In this document: piece after piece, positions 10,392-20,357 of the stretch
How positions within the stretch are numbered: position 1 is the stretch's first letter
Layout: each line of letters starts with the position of its first letter
NCBI GenBank assembly: GCA_021734945.1
Contig: JAIPIA010000003.1
Coordinates: 92,895-156,894 of the forward strand
DNA from: Minisyncoccota bacterium
GTDB taxonomy: Bacteria; Patescibacteriota; Minisyncoccia; Phycocordibacterales; CAIZLB01
Direction: 5' to 3'
DNA: 64,000 nt
Position numbers and translations under genes: made by a program
Notes under the pieces: generated by a model
Told to the model about the DNA's origin: nothing
Databases searched by the model: none
The model's input: the letters and a program-made list of their open reading frames with translations, nothing else

Positions 10392-10965
10392 TAAAATTAA
10401 AGAAAAGATACTTGAGAAAAAATGGAACGCAGGAAAGATGAAATTTCCCCCATCAATAATAAAGCAAAAAAATATTCTTGAATTTGCTAAGAGAGGTGGT
10501 ATCCTAAGTCTTATAGAAACCGGGACATACTTAGGAGACACTGTGTATGCACTAAAACCTCATTTTATTCATATAGATTCTATAGAACTTAGTGAAGAAC
10601 TTTATAACAATGCAGTCAAAAGATTTAGGAATGATGCCAATATAACTATTTGGAATGGAGACAGTCCTGAAGTCTTAGAAAAAATACTATTGAACAAAAA
10701 AGATAAAGTCATATTTTGGCTTGATGCGCACTATTCTGACGGAGTAACATCTAAAAGTTCTACCTATGGAGATTCTCCTATAAAGCAAGAGCTGAATGTT
10801 ATATTTAAATGGTGGATAGCAGGTAGTGTTATTTTAATTGATGATGCACGACTTTTTATCGGTCAAGACAACTATCCATTAATTTCAGAGCTAGAGGTTG
10901 AAGTTAAAAATATCTTTCCTTCTTTAACATTTGAAGTGAAAGATGATGTAATAAGAATCTTCTAA
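10348..10965 (+). CDS. Class I SAM-dependent methyltransferase (sugar O-methyltransferase-like). An alternative start at 10438 (MKFPP...) would remove a 44-nt overlap with the upstream gene
   Basis: ILSLIETGTYLGDTVYAL...IDSIELSEELYNNAVKRF...KVIFWLDAHY has a Rossmann methyltransferase layout. Confidence 0.5.
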   Translation: MKRLLRKIIRLPAINKIKEKILEKKWNAGKMKFPPSIIKQKNILEFAKRGGILSLIETGTYLGDTVYALKPHFIHIDSIELSEELYNNAVKRFRNDANITIWNGDSPEVLEKILLNKKDKVIFWLDAHYSDGVTSKSSTYGDSPIKQELNVIFKWWIAGSVILIDDARLFIGQDNYPLISELEVEVKNIFPSLTFEVKDDVIRIF

Positions 10966-10967
10966 GT

Positions 10968-11726
10968 ATGAAAAAAACTGTAAAGAAACTAATCAGAATT
11001 ATTCAGACTCCGTTTATTTTAAATGACTGGATGAAGTACAAAAGAATCGTAACAAGAGATTCAAAGGAAGGTAAAGCTACTAGATTTACTCTAAAATTTA
11101 GAGATACATACCCTTTTATAAGAGATAAGACCATGATGACTGGTTTTGATAGACATTACGTATTTCACACATCTTGGGCAGCTAGAAAAGTAAAGGAGAT
11201 CAATCCAATATTTCACACAGACATATCTTCAAGTCTATACTTTTGCGGAATAGTATCAGCTTTTGTTCCTGTAAAATTTTATGACTATCGTCCTGCAGAA
11301 TTGAATTTAACGAACCTAGAAAGCAGCCGTGGGGACCTTATGAACTTGCCTTTTGATGACAATAGTATTGATTCAATATCATGTATGCACACTATTGAAC
11401 ATATTGGACTAGGACGCTACGGAGACCCTTTAGATACTGAAGCAGACTTAAAGGCTATCAAGGAGCTCATTCGAGTTACAAAACCAGGTGGATCAATACT
11501 TTTTGTAACGCCTCTTGGTGGTGTAGCGAAGATTGAATATAATGCACACAGAATATATACATACGACTATATTTTAGAATACTTCAAAGATCTTGATTTA
11601 GCTGAGTTCTCTCTCATTCCTGAATACGCAAAAGATGGAGGAATAATTACTCATGCAACAAAGGCACAAGCTGACAAAGAAAATTACGGATGTGGATGCT
11701 TTTGGTTTAAGAAAAAGTCACTCTAA
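10968..11726 (+). CDS. Class I SAM-dependent methyltransferase (Methyltransf_11-like)
   Basis: DSISCMHTIEHIGLGRYGDPLD...IRVTKPGGSILFVTP is a typical post-motif-I/III pattern. Confidence 0.6.
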   Translation: MKKTVKKLIRIIQTPFILNDWMKYKRIVTRDSKEGKATRFTLKFRDTYPFIRDKTMMTGFDRHYVFHTSWAARKVKEINPIFHTDISSSLYFCGIVSAFVPVKFYDYRPAELNLTNLESSRGDLMNLPFDDNSIDSISCMHTIEHIGLGRYGDPLDTEADLKAIKELIRVTKPGGSILFVTPLGGVAKIEYNAHRIYTYDYILEYFKDLDLAEFSLIPEYAKDGGIITHATKAQADKENYGCGCFWFKKKSL

Positions 11727-11756
11727 CCGAAATTATTCAAAAAATAACCAAATTTT

Positions 11757-12806
11757 ATGAAAAAAGCACTCGTTACAGGTTCAGCAGGATTGATAGGATC
11801 AGAAGCTACAAAATTTTTAATTGGAAAAGGATTTATTGTTGTTGGAATAGACAACAATATGCGGCAATATTTTTTTGGAGAAGAAGCAAGTACAGAATGG
11901 AATAAGACGAGACTCCAAAACGAATACGCAGAAAAATATGTCCACAACAATGTAGATATTAGAAACAATGATGAAATTGAAAAGATATTTAAAGAACACA
12001 CTTTTGAACTAATTATTCACACAGCAGCGCAACCTTCTCACGATTGGGCAGCAAAAGAACCATTTACAGATTTTTCAGTAAATGCAAATGGAACTCTCGT
12101 ACTCTTAGAAAATTTTAAAAAGTATTCCCCTACTGCTACATTCATTTTTACATCTACAAATAAGGTATACGGAGATACTCCAAACAAACTTCCTTTAGTA
12201 GAACTCGACAAAAGATTTGAAATTGACCAATCACATCCATTTAAAGATGGGATCGATGAGACTATGAGTATAGATAATACAAAGCATAGTCTTTTTGGTG
12301 CATCAAAAGTTGCAGCCGATATACTAGTTCAAGAGTATGGTAAATACTTCAACCTCAATACTGGAGTTTTTAGAGGTGGATGTCTCACAGGACCAAATCA
12401 CAGCGGAACTCAACTTCATGGTTTTCTTTCATATCTCGTAAAATGTATTGTGACAAGTAAGGAATATACAATTTTTGGTTACAAGGGTAAACAAGTTCGA
12501 GACAATATTCACAGTTTCGATCTCGTGAATATGTTTTGGCATTACCATAACAATCCTAAACAAGGAGAAGTTTATAATGTTGGAGGTGCGAGAAATTCAA
12601 ATATTTCTATGCTGGAAGCAATTGAGAAAATAGAGAACATTACTGGAAAAAAAGCTAACTACAAGTACGTAGACAAAAATCGTGAAGGTGACCATATTTG
12701 GTATGTCTCAGATGTAAGTAAATTTAAAAAAGATTATCCTGAATGGAATTTTACATATGATATAGACATGATTTTGGAGGAGATTTGCAAAAGCCAACTC
12801 AAATAG
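11757..12806 (+). CDS. NAD-dependent sugar epimerase/dehydratase (CDP-paratose 2-epimerase-like SDR)
   Basis: An N-terminal [11 protein letters not shown] Rossmann GxxGxxG motif. The 349-aa length fits an extended SDR. Confidence 0.8.
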   Translation: MKKALVTGSAGLIGSEATKFLIGKGFIVVGIDNNMRQYFFGEEASTEWNKTRLQNEYAEKYVHNNVDIRNNDEIEKIFKEHTFELIIHTAAQPSHDWAAKEPFTDFSVNANGTLVLLENFKKYSPTATFIFTSTNKVYGDTPNKLPLVELDKRFEIDQSHPFKDGIDETMSIDNTKHSLFGASKVAADILVQEYGKYFNLNTGVFRGGCLTGPNHSGTQLHGFLSYLVKCIVTSKEYTIFGYKGKQVRDNIHSFDLVNMFWHYHNNPKQGEVYNVGGARNSNISMLEAIEKIENITGKKANYKYVDKNREGDHIWYVSDVSKFKKDYPEWNFTYDIDMILEEICKSQLK

Positions 12807-12812
12807 TACACT

Positions 12813-13736
12813 TTGTACATGATAATTCTCAAAGTAAAAGCAGGGCTTGGAAATCAAATGTTTCAGTACGCGTATGCAAAAGCTCGTGCTATCAGGAGCG
12901 GAGTTGAACTTAAAATTGATTTATCTTGGTTTGATAATCAACCAAAAAGGGATACATTTCGATATTACGGATTGAATCACTTTAATATTTCTTCGGACAC
13001 ATTCAAGGATATGAGAACAATATCCCCTTTCAAAAAACTTCTAACTCGTATTTATAAAAAGGCCCTCAGAATTATTTCAGATGAAAGTGATTATGTGTAT
13101 TACCCTAGATTAGCTAAGCCCGTTTCAAAATCAAAAGATGTGACTGTTGAAGGTTATTGGAATACAGAAAAATATTTCGCAGAAATACGGGACACACTCA
13201 AAAAGGAGTTTACTCTAAAAGAGGCCCTCCGCACTGAAGCAAAAGGTGCTGAAAAAGAAATATATGAATCAGCACAAAGTGGAGAAATCCCAGTATTGAT
13301 TTTAGTGCGTCGAGGAGACTATGTATCAAATATACATACAAAGTCTTTTCATGGAGCCATGCAAACAGATTATTTTTCAGAATCTATCAGTCGAATGATT
13401 AAGGAGCTTGGTGAGGATGCTAACAAAATACATTTCTTTATAACTACAGACGACACACCTTGGGTAAAAGAAAACATTACTTCAGATATTCTGATGAATA
13501 AACCTTTCACTTTTATTTCTCGACCTGGAGTACTAGACTATGAAGAACTATATCTCATGTCACTCTGCCATCATTTTATACTTTCAAATAGTACTTTTTG
13601 TTGGTGGGCTGCATGGTTGTCAGAAGCTGTAGAAAAATCTGGGTCAAAGAAAGTTGTCATAGGACCAAAACAGTGGGTAGCAAATCCAAAAGTTGATACT
13701 CGAGATGTTATGCCAGAGGAGTGGATTCGAATTTAG
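12813..13736 (+). CDS. Alpha-1,2-fucosyltransferase, family GT11
   Basis: The GT11 hallmarks KAGLGNQMFQYAYA and LVRRGDY are present. Confidence 0.8.
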   Translation: MYMIILKVKAGLGNQMFQYAYAKARAIRSGVELKIDLSWFDNQPKRDTFRYYGLNHFNISSDTFKDMRTISPFKKLLTRIYKKALRIISDESDYVYYPRLAKPVSKSKDVTVEGYWNTEKYFAEIRDTLKKEFTLKEALRTEAKGAEKEIYESAQSGEIPVLILVRRGDYVSNIHTKSFHGAMQTDYFSESISRMIKELGEDANKIHFFITTDDTPWVKENITSDILMNKPFTFISRPGVLDYEELYLMSLCHHFILSNSTFCWWAAWLSEAVEKSGSKKVVIGPKQWVANPKVDTRDVMPEEWIRI

Positions 13737-13772
13737 TTTACAAAGCATCTTATCTAACCTACACTTACCGTA

Positions 13773-14621
13773 ATGATTTCTGTAATAATTGCAACAAAAA
13801 ATGGTGAGAAATACATTGCTCGAGCGATTAAAAATGCACTTGAGCAAAGTGTTGCCCTAAAGAACCTGGCTAATCCTTCTGAGTTTGCTGGATTTGAGAT
13901 TGTTGTAGTTTCTGATGGAAGCACTGACACTACTGCTCAGATTGTAAGAGAGCTCAGTGCTATTGATTCTCGAGTAAGACTAATCGAGCTTAAGGAAAAT
14001 GTGGGGCCGGGACTGGCTCGTAATCTCGCTATACTTGGCGGACCAATTCCAAATTCATCTATTTCCCCTATTAAAAATAAATTTGTGGCAATACTTGATG
14101 ACGATGATCTTTGGCAAAATCCAAAAAAACTTGAGAATCAAATTAAGTATCTTGAAGAGAACCCTGACATTGTTTTAGTAGGTTCAAAGAAAACTGAATT
14201 TACTAGAGAGAACGGCGAGCATCTACGATGGATTATTAATCAATCAGATCCTAACATTATAAGAAGCAACATGCTTTCTTATAATCCAGTTATTACTTCT
14301 TCAGTAGTATTTCGAACAAATATATTTACAGAAGTTGAGGGTTTTAAAGCAATGTATCTTGCAGAAGACTATGACCTATGGCTCCGTATGGGATTACATG
14401 GAAATATTTCAAATGTAGAAGAAACTGAAACAACATACACCATGCGTGATGGTGGAGCTTCAAAATCTCGGCAAATTGAGATGGCAGAAGTCGTACTTAG
14501 ACTTGCAAAAGAATACAGACATCAATACCCTCATGCATGGAGAGCTATCTTAAAAGGCTATTCACGAATAGTACTCACTTATTGGAAACTTATTAAGAAA
14601 GGGAAAAATCCGTTTAAGTAA
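13773..14621 (+). CDS. Family 2 glycosyltransferase
   Basis: MISVIIATKNGEKYI...EIVVVSDGSTDTT and the DDDD acidic patch. Confidence 0.7.
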   Translation: MISVIIATKNGEKYIARAIKNALEQSVALKNLANPSEFAGFEIVVVSDGSTDTTAQIVRELSAIDSRVRLIELKENVGPGLARNLAILGGPIPNSSISPIKNKFVAILDDDDLWQNPKKLENQIKYLEENPDIVLVGSKKTEFTRENGEHLRWIINQSDPNIIRSNMLSYNPVITSSVVFRTNIFTEVEGFKAMYLAEDYDLWLRMGLHGNISNVEETETTYTMRDGGASKSRQIEMAEVVLRLAKEYRHQYPHAWRAILKGYSRIVLTYWKLIKKGKNPFK

Positions 14622-14623
14622 TT

Positions 14624-16984
14624 TTATTCAGCAAAAATATCTTTTAAATCTGACTCATTTACTTCTCGAATGTTTTTTACTGAATTAGATTCTTTATGCA
14701 TATCTTTTTTACTAAAAACTTCTTTTTCCACTTTTTCATCTAGAACATTTTTCGTCACATGAACACTCTGATTCATCGAACTATTTATACTTACAGGCTG
14801 TTGTTTATTTTCAGATGCAGGAGCAGGAGTTGACGAAGACACAGTGACTGACGGCACAGTCTGTGCCGTTGTCATTCCTTCATTTTTCATAACAGACAAT
14901 AGAGCTTCACGCAAAGCTGCAATATTTTCTGGCTTTGGAATTTTTTCAGGTTTAGGGGCAGGAGCTTCAGTCTTGAGATAACTGAGAGACATGGCTTTTC
15001 TGAGTTCACTTTCTCTTTCATTTCCAGTCTGCTGAAATTGTTGACTTGATTGCTGTCCAGACTGTCTTGCGTTTTGTGGTGATGTTCCATCTGTAGAACC
15101 AGAAACAATTTCCGACATAGCTCCTGATATAGTCCCTGACATACCCCCTGAGGCTATATTTTGGCTTCTTGGAGCACTATTTGCGGGACCCTGTGATGTA
15201 GGAGGCCCGCCCAATGAATCCTGTACATTTGGACGTGTATTGTTAAGACTTAAGCTTGAGCTTGTACTGCTTGAATTCGTGCTACTTGGAGTGGTTGAAG
15301 TAGCTCTATTTCTATCACTCACAGGGGCAGTACTCGCTGGACGAGAATCCCTACCTCCTCCTGAACTACTTCTATTTGAGCCTTGTGGAACACTCCCTCT
15401 ATATGAATTTTGTGATGATGACTGAGCGCTATTTACTGTTCTTCCATCACGTTGAGCACCTCCAGAACTTCGACTACCACTAAATGAACCACCGCCTTGA
15501 GATGAGCCTCTTGAACGATCGCTATTATTACCACCATTAGATGATGTACCATTTCCTCCTCCAGAAGCACCTCCGTTTGAGTTACCTCCGCTTGAAGCGC
15601 CATTTCCACCACTACCGTTTCCTCCACCTGAGTTACTTCCACCGCCCCCTGATGAACCACTGCTTCCCCCAAATTTCTTTTGTATCCACGCCAAAAGTTC
15701 ATCCTCTACTTGTTGTCGAGGTTTTGCATACAAAGCACGAGATGATGCCAAAATGTCATTTGTATAATTTATTTCGGAACGAGGAATAGGAGCCATCCCA
15801 GCTGCTGAAAATGGCGGTGAGGTTACACCATCTATCATAAGTTTGAGGTACATTTGATATTTTTGGAGAGCCACAATATCTTCAGCTAGAAAATGTGGAG
15901 CAAATTCTTTTTCCAAAATTTCGGCATCATAAGCACCAACTCGATATGTCACCATTGTACCCACGTTTCCAAACACAGCTGCTCGCACCTCTTCTGTCAT
16001 TTGCTCTATGTACTGATGAGCAATACTCAAACTCAACTTGTATTTTCGAGCTTCAGAAAGAATATCCGCAAATGATTCGTTTGCAAAAGATTGGAATTCA
16101 TCTACATAGAGATAAAAGTTTGGAGCAGCTTCAAGTTGCTTTTCATTGAGATCAGCTCTACTCATTGCACCAAGATAAATCTTGGTAATAAGCATTGAAC
16201 CAAGAAGGTTGGCATTTGCTTCACCTACTCTTCCCTTTGAGAGGTTGATGATGAGAATTTTTCTATTATCCATTACATCTCGAATATCAAAAGAAGACTT
16301 TGGCTGACCAATAATATTTCGAATAAGAGGGTTAGCAACAAATTGCCCTACCTTGTTTTGAATAGCAGGTGCAGCTTCGGCAGCAAACTTTTCGGTATAA
16401 TTTGCATATTCATTTACCCAAAAAGATTTTACTGACGGATCTGAAATATGATTCACCACTTCTTTACGAAAATCCTTATCTGTAAGCATTCGGTTTACTG
16501 CTACAAGTGTAGAACCAGGATACTCGAGGAGAGCGAGCATAATATTTCCAAGAATGTACTCCATACGCGCTGACCATGCGTCCACCCAAATCTTTTTGAA
16601 GGCAGACATCATTCCACTCGCCACGAGATATCTCTGTTCTGGACCAACGTCTTCCATTACATTGAAAGAAACTGGATACTCCATGTCAAAAGGAGCGAAG
16701 TAAATAACGTCTTTTATACGATGCTCTGGAACGTATTCGAGCAAGAGGTCAGCTGACTTTCCGTGTGGGTCAAGAAAGCAAAGTCCTTCTCCATTAAGAA
16801 TATCCTGTACGGCAAGGTTTTCGAGTAAAGTTGATTTACCCATACCCGTCTTACCGATAGCGTAGAGATGTTTTGCTCGGTCTTTTCTTTTTATACCAAA
16901 TCGAAGACGACGGTTTCGTGCGTCCGTTTCACCAAAATATGTTACCTGATCTTCATCATTGAGATGATCTAGTGATGGATTCAT
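14624..16984 (-). CDS. HerA/FtsK-superfamily P-loop ATPase of the VirD4/TraG/TrwB (type IV coupling protein, DUF87-like) type. It has no N-terminal TM anchor and carries a ~330-aa Gly/Ser/Asn/Thr-rich disordered C-terminal tail
   Basis: Walker A AIGKTGMGKST, then LDPHGKS, Walker B YLYVDEFQSF, then IAHQ. These match coupling-protein motifs. Residues from about 430 onward are low-complexity (GGSSGSSGGGGSNSGGGNGSGG...). Confidence 0.6.
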   Translation of the reverse strand: MNPSLDHLNDEDQVTYFGETDARNRRLRFGIKRKDRAKHLYAIGKTGMGKSTLLENLAVQDILNGEGLCFLDPHGKSADLLLEYVPEHRIKDVIYFAPFDMEYPVSFNVMEDVGPEQRYLVASGMMSAFKKIWVDAWSARMEYILGNIMLALLEYPGSTLVAVNRMLTDKDFRKEVVNHISDPSVKSFWVNEYANYTEKFAAEAAPAIQNKVGQFVANPLIRNIIGQPKSSFDIRDVMDNRKILIINLSKGRVGEANANLLGSMLITKIYLGAMSRADLNEKQLEAAPNFYLYVDEFQSFANESFADILSEARKYKLSLSIAHQYIEQMTEEVRAAVFGNVGTMVTYRVGAYDAEILEKEFAPHFLAEDIVALQKYQMYLKLMIDGVTSPPFSAAGMAPIPRSEINYTNDILASSRALYAKPRQQVEDELLAWIQKKFGGSSGSSGGGGSNSGGGNGSGGNGASSGGNSNGGASGGGNGTSSNGGNNSDRSRGSSQGGGSFSGSRSSGGAQRDGRTVNSAQSSSQNSYRGSVPQGSNRSSSGGGRDSRPASTAPVSDRNRATSTTPSSTNSSSTSSSLSLNNTRPNVQDSLGGPPTSQGPANSAPRSQNIASGGMSGTISGAMSEIVSGSTDGTSPQNARQSGQQSSQQFQQTGNERESELRKAMSLSYLKTEAPAPKPEKIPKPENIAALREALLSVMKNEGMTTAQTVPSVTVSSSTPAPASENKQQPVSINSSMNQSVHVTKNVLDEKVEKEVFSKKDMHKESNSVKNIREVNESDLKDIFAE

Positions 16985-17036
16985 AAGAGCTTTATGAAAA
17001 CATTATATATCAAAGTCGCAATACAGACTACACTAT

Positions 17037-17249
17037 TTAGTTAGATGTGGATGTTTCTGTAGAACTTTTTTTAGTTGCACTAGCTGAAATATTTGCAGGT
17101 GTAGATGCTACTTTTCGTGAATATGCTAACCATACCAATACAATAGCTGATACAGATACTGTTCTATTTTTCCATACATTTGGGAGCCCTAAAACTGGAA
17201 CAATTGCAATCCAAATACCTAAAATGATGATTATAGTTCGTTTTTTCAT
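17037..17249 (-). CDS. Small membrane peptide (70 aa, two predicted TM helices)
   Basis: MKKRTIIIILGIWIAIVPVLGLP...VSAIVLVWLAY. It is co-oriented inside the radC-to-ATPase operon. The opposite-strand ORF 17047..17304 was judged spurious. Confidence 0.35.
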   Translation of the reverse strand: MKKRTIIIILGIWIAIVPVLGLPNVWKNRTVSVSAIVLVWLAYSRKVASTPANISASATKKSSTETSTSN

Positions 17250-17311
17250 TGGACTTTTATTATATCACTTTAAACGCTCTAACCAAGCGGTAAGGGAGGA
17301 TTAAAAAGAGC

Positions 17312-18478
17312 CTAACCTACACGCTGAATCAATAAGGTTGCTCGACTTGGCATACCTGAAACGTTTATTAGAGAAACATTGAATTCTGGATCTAAGTTAA
17401 AATCCTCGACAACTTTAATGTAAGCCTTACGTCTAGCATCATTACTCTCCATTATCCCAAAGACACTATCACCATCAATAGGAGAAGTACCATGCATAAT
17501 GTCATGCATACCTATTATTGGTAAATCGTATGGATATACACGAAAAGTACCTCCTGGGGCTAAAATCTTTTTTGCATTTTCAAATACACCCTCAATTTGC
17601 TTAGCATCCGGACAATAATAAGGGACACTGAATGTTGCCCAAATTTCGTCAACTTGTTCTACACCAGCTTCTCCCATAGATTTCAGTAGTTTTGGATCTC
17701 CAGCGGTGGTCTCTATTCTAGTATAGGGATTTGGAGTAGATACAAATCCATCTGCACGTATTACATGAGGATCAACATTTATAATAATTTCAGGTTGAAA
17801 ATCAACATAATTATATACCAAATCAATTACAGAACTACCTCCACCAAAGAGAGCTATTTTCTTTCCGTTTATTCTGCTTCTAATATATTCTTGTGCCCCT
17901 TCTATCGGCTGTCCTATAAACTCAAATTGAAACGCGGGTATTCCAAAAAGAACTCTAGTTATTGCACTGTCATCTAAGCCAAGCCTTTTATCTCCATAAC
18001 CAGATTTTATGAACGGTCGGGAAACATTAGTTCTTTCAAAAAAATCTTTACCAGGATTTTCTGGAATCGCCTGTATAGAAGCTCCCATTGCTGTTTGAAG
18101 AATTTGAGCCATACGCTCTCTCTTTTCAGAACTAAACGATTCTACCGGCGATGAATGTGCAACATTTAATACTGAAAACATTTCTTCAATATGAGGAAGA
18201 TTTATAGGAGCAGCGTACAATTGGTTGAGCCAACTACCAGTTGCAGTTCCACCAAGATTATTTAAAGAGAGACCGTCAATTTGTTTCTCTCGTGGTAATT
18301 TTTCAAATTCTTCTGATGTAATTTCACAGATAACCCTCTCTGCATATCTCACCATATATTCTTCATTCGATTGATCAGGTGACAGAGGCCGCTCAAATGA
18401 ATGAACAGACTCATGAGAAACCTCCCCTACTGGTAGTGCTTCTATATTTGGAAAACTCGAATCTGATGGTTCAAACAT
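17312..18478 (-). CDS. Hypothetical protein. The C-terminal half has a Rossmann-like fold with GGG and PGG motifs, making it either methyltransferase-like or LOG/SLOG-like
   Basis: KKIALFGGGSSVIDLV ... AKKILAPGGTFRVYP. No confident family assignment is possible from the sequence alone. Confidence 0.45.
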   Translation of the reverse strand: MFEPSDSSFPNIEALPVGEVSHESVHSFERPLSPDQSNEEYMVRYAERVICEITSEEFEKLPREKQIDGLSLNNLGGTATGSWLNQLYAAPINLPHIEEMFSVLNVAHSSPVESFSSEKRERMAQILQTAMGASIQAIPENPGKDFFERTNVSRPFIKSGYGDKRLGLDDSAITRVLFGIPAFQFEFIGQPIEGAQEYIRSRINGKKIALFGGGSSVIDLVYNYVDFQPEIIINVDPHVIRADGFVSTPNPYTRIETTAGDPKLLKSMGEAGVEQVDEIWATFSVPYYCPDAKQIEGVFENAKKILAPGGTFRVYPYDLPIIGMHDIMHGTSPIDGDSVFGIMESNDARRKAYIKVVEDFNLDPEFNVSLINVSGMPSRATLLIQRVG

Positions 18479-18487
18479 AGTTATAGT

Positions 18488-19240
18488 CTAATACTCCGCT
18501 GGTACACTAGAAAAACCGTCCTTTGTAATAATGACGTGATCCAAAAGATGTATACCAATAATCTTCCCTGCCTCTATAATCTGCTTCGTAATCTGAACAT
18601 CAGCAACACTTGGAGTTGCAATACCTGATGGATGGTTGTGTGCTAACACTACTGCCGCTGCATTGTATTCAAGAGCAGGACGAAATACTTCTCGTGCATG
18701 AACAATATTTGAATTGATAGTACCCATAGAAATAATCTCTTGATGAATTACCCGATTGTGAGTATCTAGATATAAACCTCGAAGTTGCTCTTTTGGTAAG
18801 TTTTGCATTTCTGATAGGAACTTGTATACATCTTCAGCTGTACGAATAACAGCAAGGCCAACATCATTTTTCTTGTATAGGCGTCGTCCTATCTCACTAC
18901 ATGCAATAACCTGACATGCTTTACCAATAGGTATATCGAGCTCCTCTGCCATAATAGATGGATCAATAGTCCCCGTAAGTGCACTGTTGCCGTATTCACG
19001 GACAATCTTTAGTGACATAGCTGTAACATCTTCTTTCTTTGTACCTGTATTTAAAATGACAGAAATAAGCTCCTGAAGTGAAAGGGCTTGGACACCCTGT
19101 TCAATAAGCTTTTCTCTCGGCTTATCATCTGTAGGTAAATCTCGCAATTTGAGCACATACTGACGAGCAGAACTTGCCATAGTATTCTCAAGACCGGTCG
19201 TCATAAGTAAATCACTGTTTGTAAGGGTATATGTTGTCAT
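18488..19240 (-). CDS. radC: RadC-like JAB/MPN-domain protein
   Basis: The JAMM motif VLAHNHPSGIATPSVADVQIT and an N-terminal helix-hairpin-helix-like region. The next gene follows after a 9-nt gap. Confidence 0.85.
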   Translation of the reverse strand: MTTYTLTNSDLLMTTGLENTMASSARQYVLKLRDLPTDDKPREKLIEQGVQALSLQELISVILNTGTKKEDVTAMSLKIVREYGNSALTGTIDPSIMAEELDIPIGKACQVIACSEIGRRLYKKNDVGLAVIRTAEDVYKFLSEMQNLPKEQLRGLYLDTHNRVIHQEIISMGTINSNIVHAREVFRPALEYNAAAVVLAHNHPSGIATPSVADVQITKQIIEAGKIIGIHLLDHVIITKDGFSSVPAEY

Positions 19241-19397
19241 GATAGCTCTATTATAATATGCATCTATTTATTTTTCTACATATGCATATATTATCTATAT
19301 ACTACGACGGGGTTCAAAGAATTATCAAGAAAGAATAAAGTTTTATACACTGCAAAACTGCCACACCTCTATTAAATCAAAATTATTTCACTTACGA

Positions 19398-20255
19398 CTA
19401 CTTTATATCAGTAAAAATCGTTGCATCTTTCATGAAACGTGCGATTGAAATCGGAGATGTACTAAAATCAACATCAGTAGAAATTGTATCATCACTAATC
19501 TGTAGCACCATATCGAGTGCTGGCTTTTTATTTTCACCAACTATATAGAAAGCCGCGTGGTCAACCCAATCTCGCATAAATGGAATTGTTGTAGAAATTC
19601 TTTGTGGAAATTCGTAGCCTTTTGCTCGAGCACTTCCCTCGTGTGCAACATCGTATGCAACAGCATCAAATGCTCCTACAAGTCTATCACCGTCATTGAA
19701 CTCAGCGTCGAACTCAGCTTGACTATAGAGACCAGGAATCATTCCACCAGTGTGTCCATCAGCACCCATTCCATAAAGAGCGATAATAATTCCCTTTGGA
19801 AAATCCTGTTTCCATTCTCGCAAGTTTTTCTCAAATCGAGCGCGATACATTTCAATAGTCTCATCTTCAAATGGTTCTGTACTAATACAAAAAGCATCTG
19901 CCTCTACGAGATGATTATAAAAAGAGAGAGACTGTAAAATTGAGAAATTATTTATATCCAACTCTGTAGAAAATCTATCATCTGTCGTTGTTACTGTGAG
20001 ATCAGGGCTGAGATATTCTGGATTAATGTGTTCTAGGGCAGCAACAGCAGAACCACCTGCAACGAGAAAAAGTACTGGCTGTTCTACATATTGAGTAAGG
20101 AGGTCGTTGAGATACTTCCCTACTTCTTTAGCAACCGTAGCGGAGTCAGCGAAACGTTCTACTTTGAGGCTTTTTCGATTTAAACTGACGTCAGTGTGAG
20201 AATGTGGATTTTGTGTCATATGGGAGTACTTTACCTTATTTACGAGAAAGAGCAA
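19398..20255 (-). CDS. 6-phosphogluconolactonase / glucosamine-6-phosphate deaminase family protein
   Basis: LFLVAGGSAVAAL and the YGMGADGHTGGMIPG signature (DGH[TI]AS in the family). Confidence 0.65.
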   Translation of the reverse strand: MLFLVNKVKYSHMTQNPHSHTDVSLNRKSLKVERFADSATVAKEVGKYLNDLLTQYVEQPVLFLVAGGSAVAALEHINPEYLSPDLTVTTTDDRFSTELDINNFSILQSLSFYNHLVEADAFCISTEPFEDETIEMYRARFEKNLREWKQDFPKGIIIALYGMGADGHTGGMIPGLYSQAEFDAEFNDGDRLVGAFDAVAYDVAHEGSARAKGYEFPQRISTTIPFMRDWVDHAAFYIVGENKKPALDMVLQISDDTISTDVDFSTSPISIARFMKDATIFTDIK

Positions 20256-20357
20256 AAGCGGGAGTACCTTACAAATGAAGTAATTTAAAACCGCCCAGGC
20301 TAATCGCTTTTATACGACTAACAAGGGCGGTTCCGTAACATAATCACTTCGTAACAA

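Noticed and set aside
15240-16149. ORFs 15240..15425, 15433..15702, 15541..15789 and 15893..16149 inside the ATPase gene
   Set aside because: They are artefacts of the repetitive GGT/AGT-rich DNA encoding the disordered tail, or antisense to the ATPase core. They have no motifs.
17047-17304. 85-aa plus-strand ORF overlapping the 70-aa minus-strand membrane peptide
   Set aside because: The minus-strand ORF is co-oriented with the operon and has clean TM helices. The plus ORF would be convergent with no promoter or terminator context. Either call is low-confidence.
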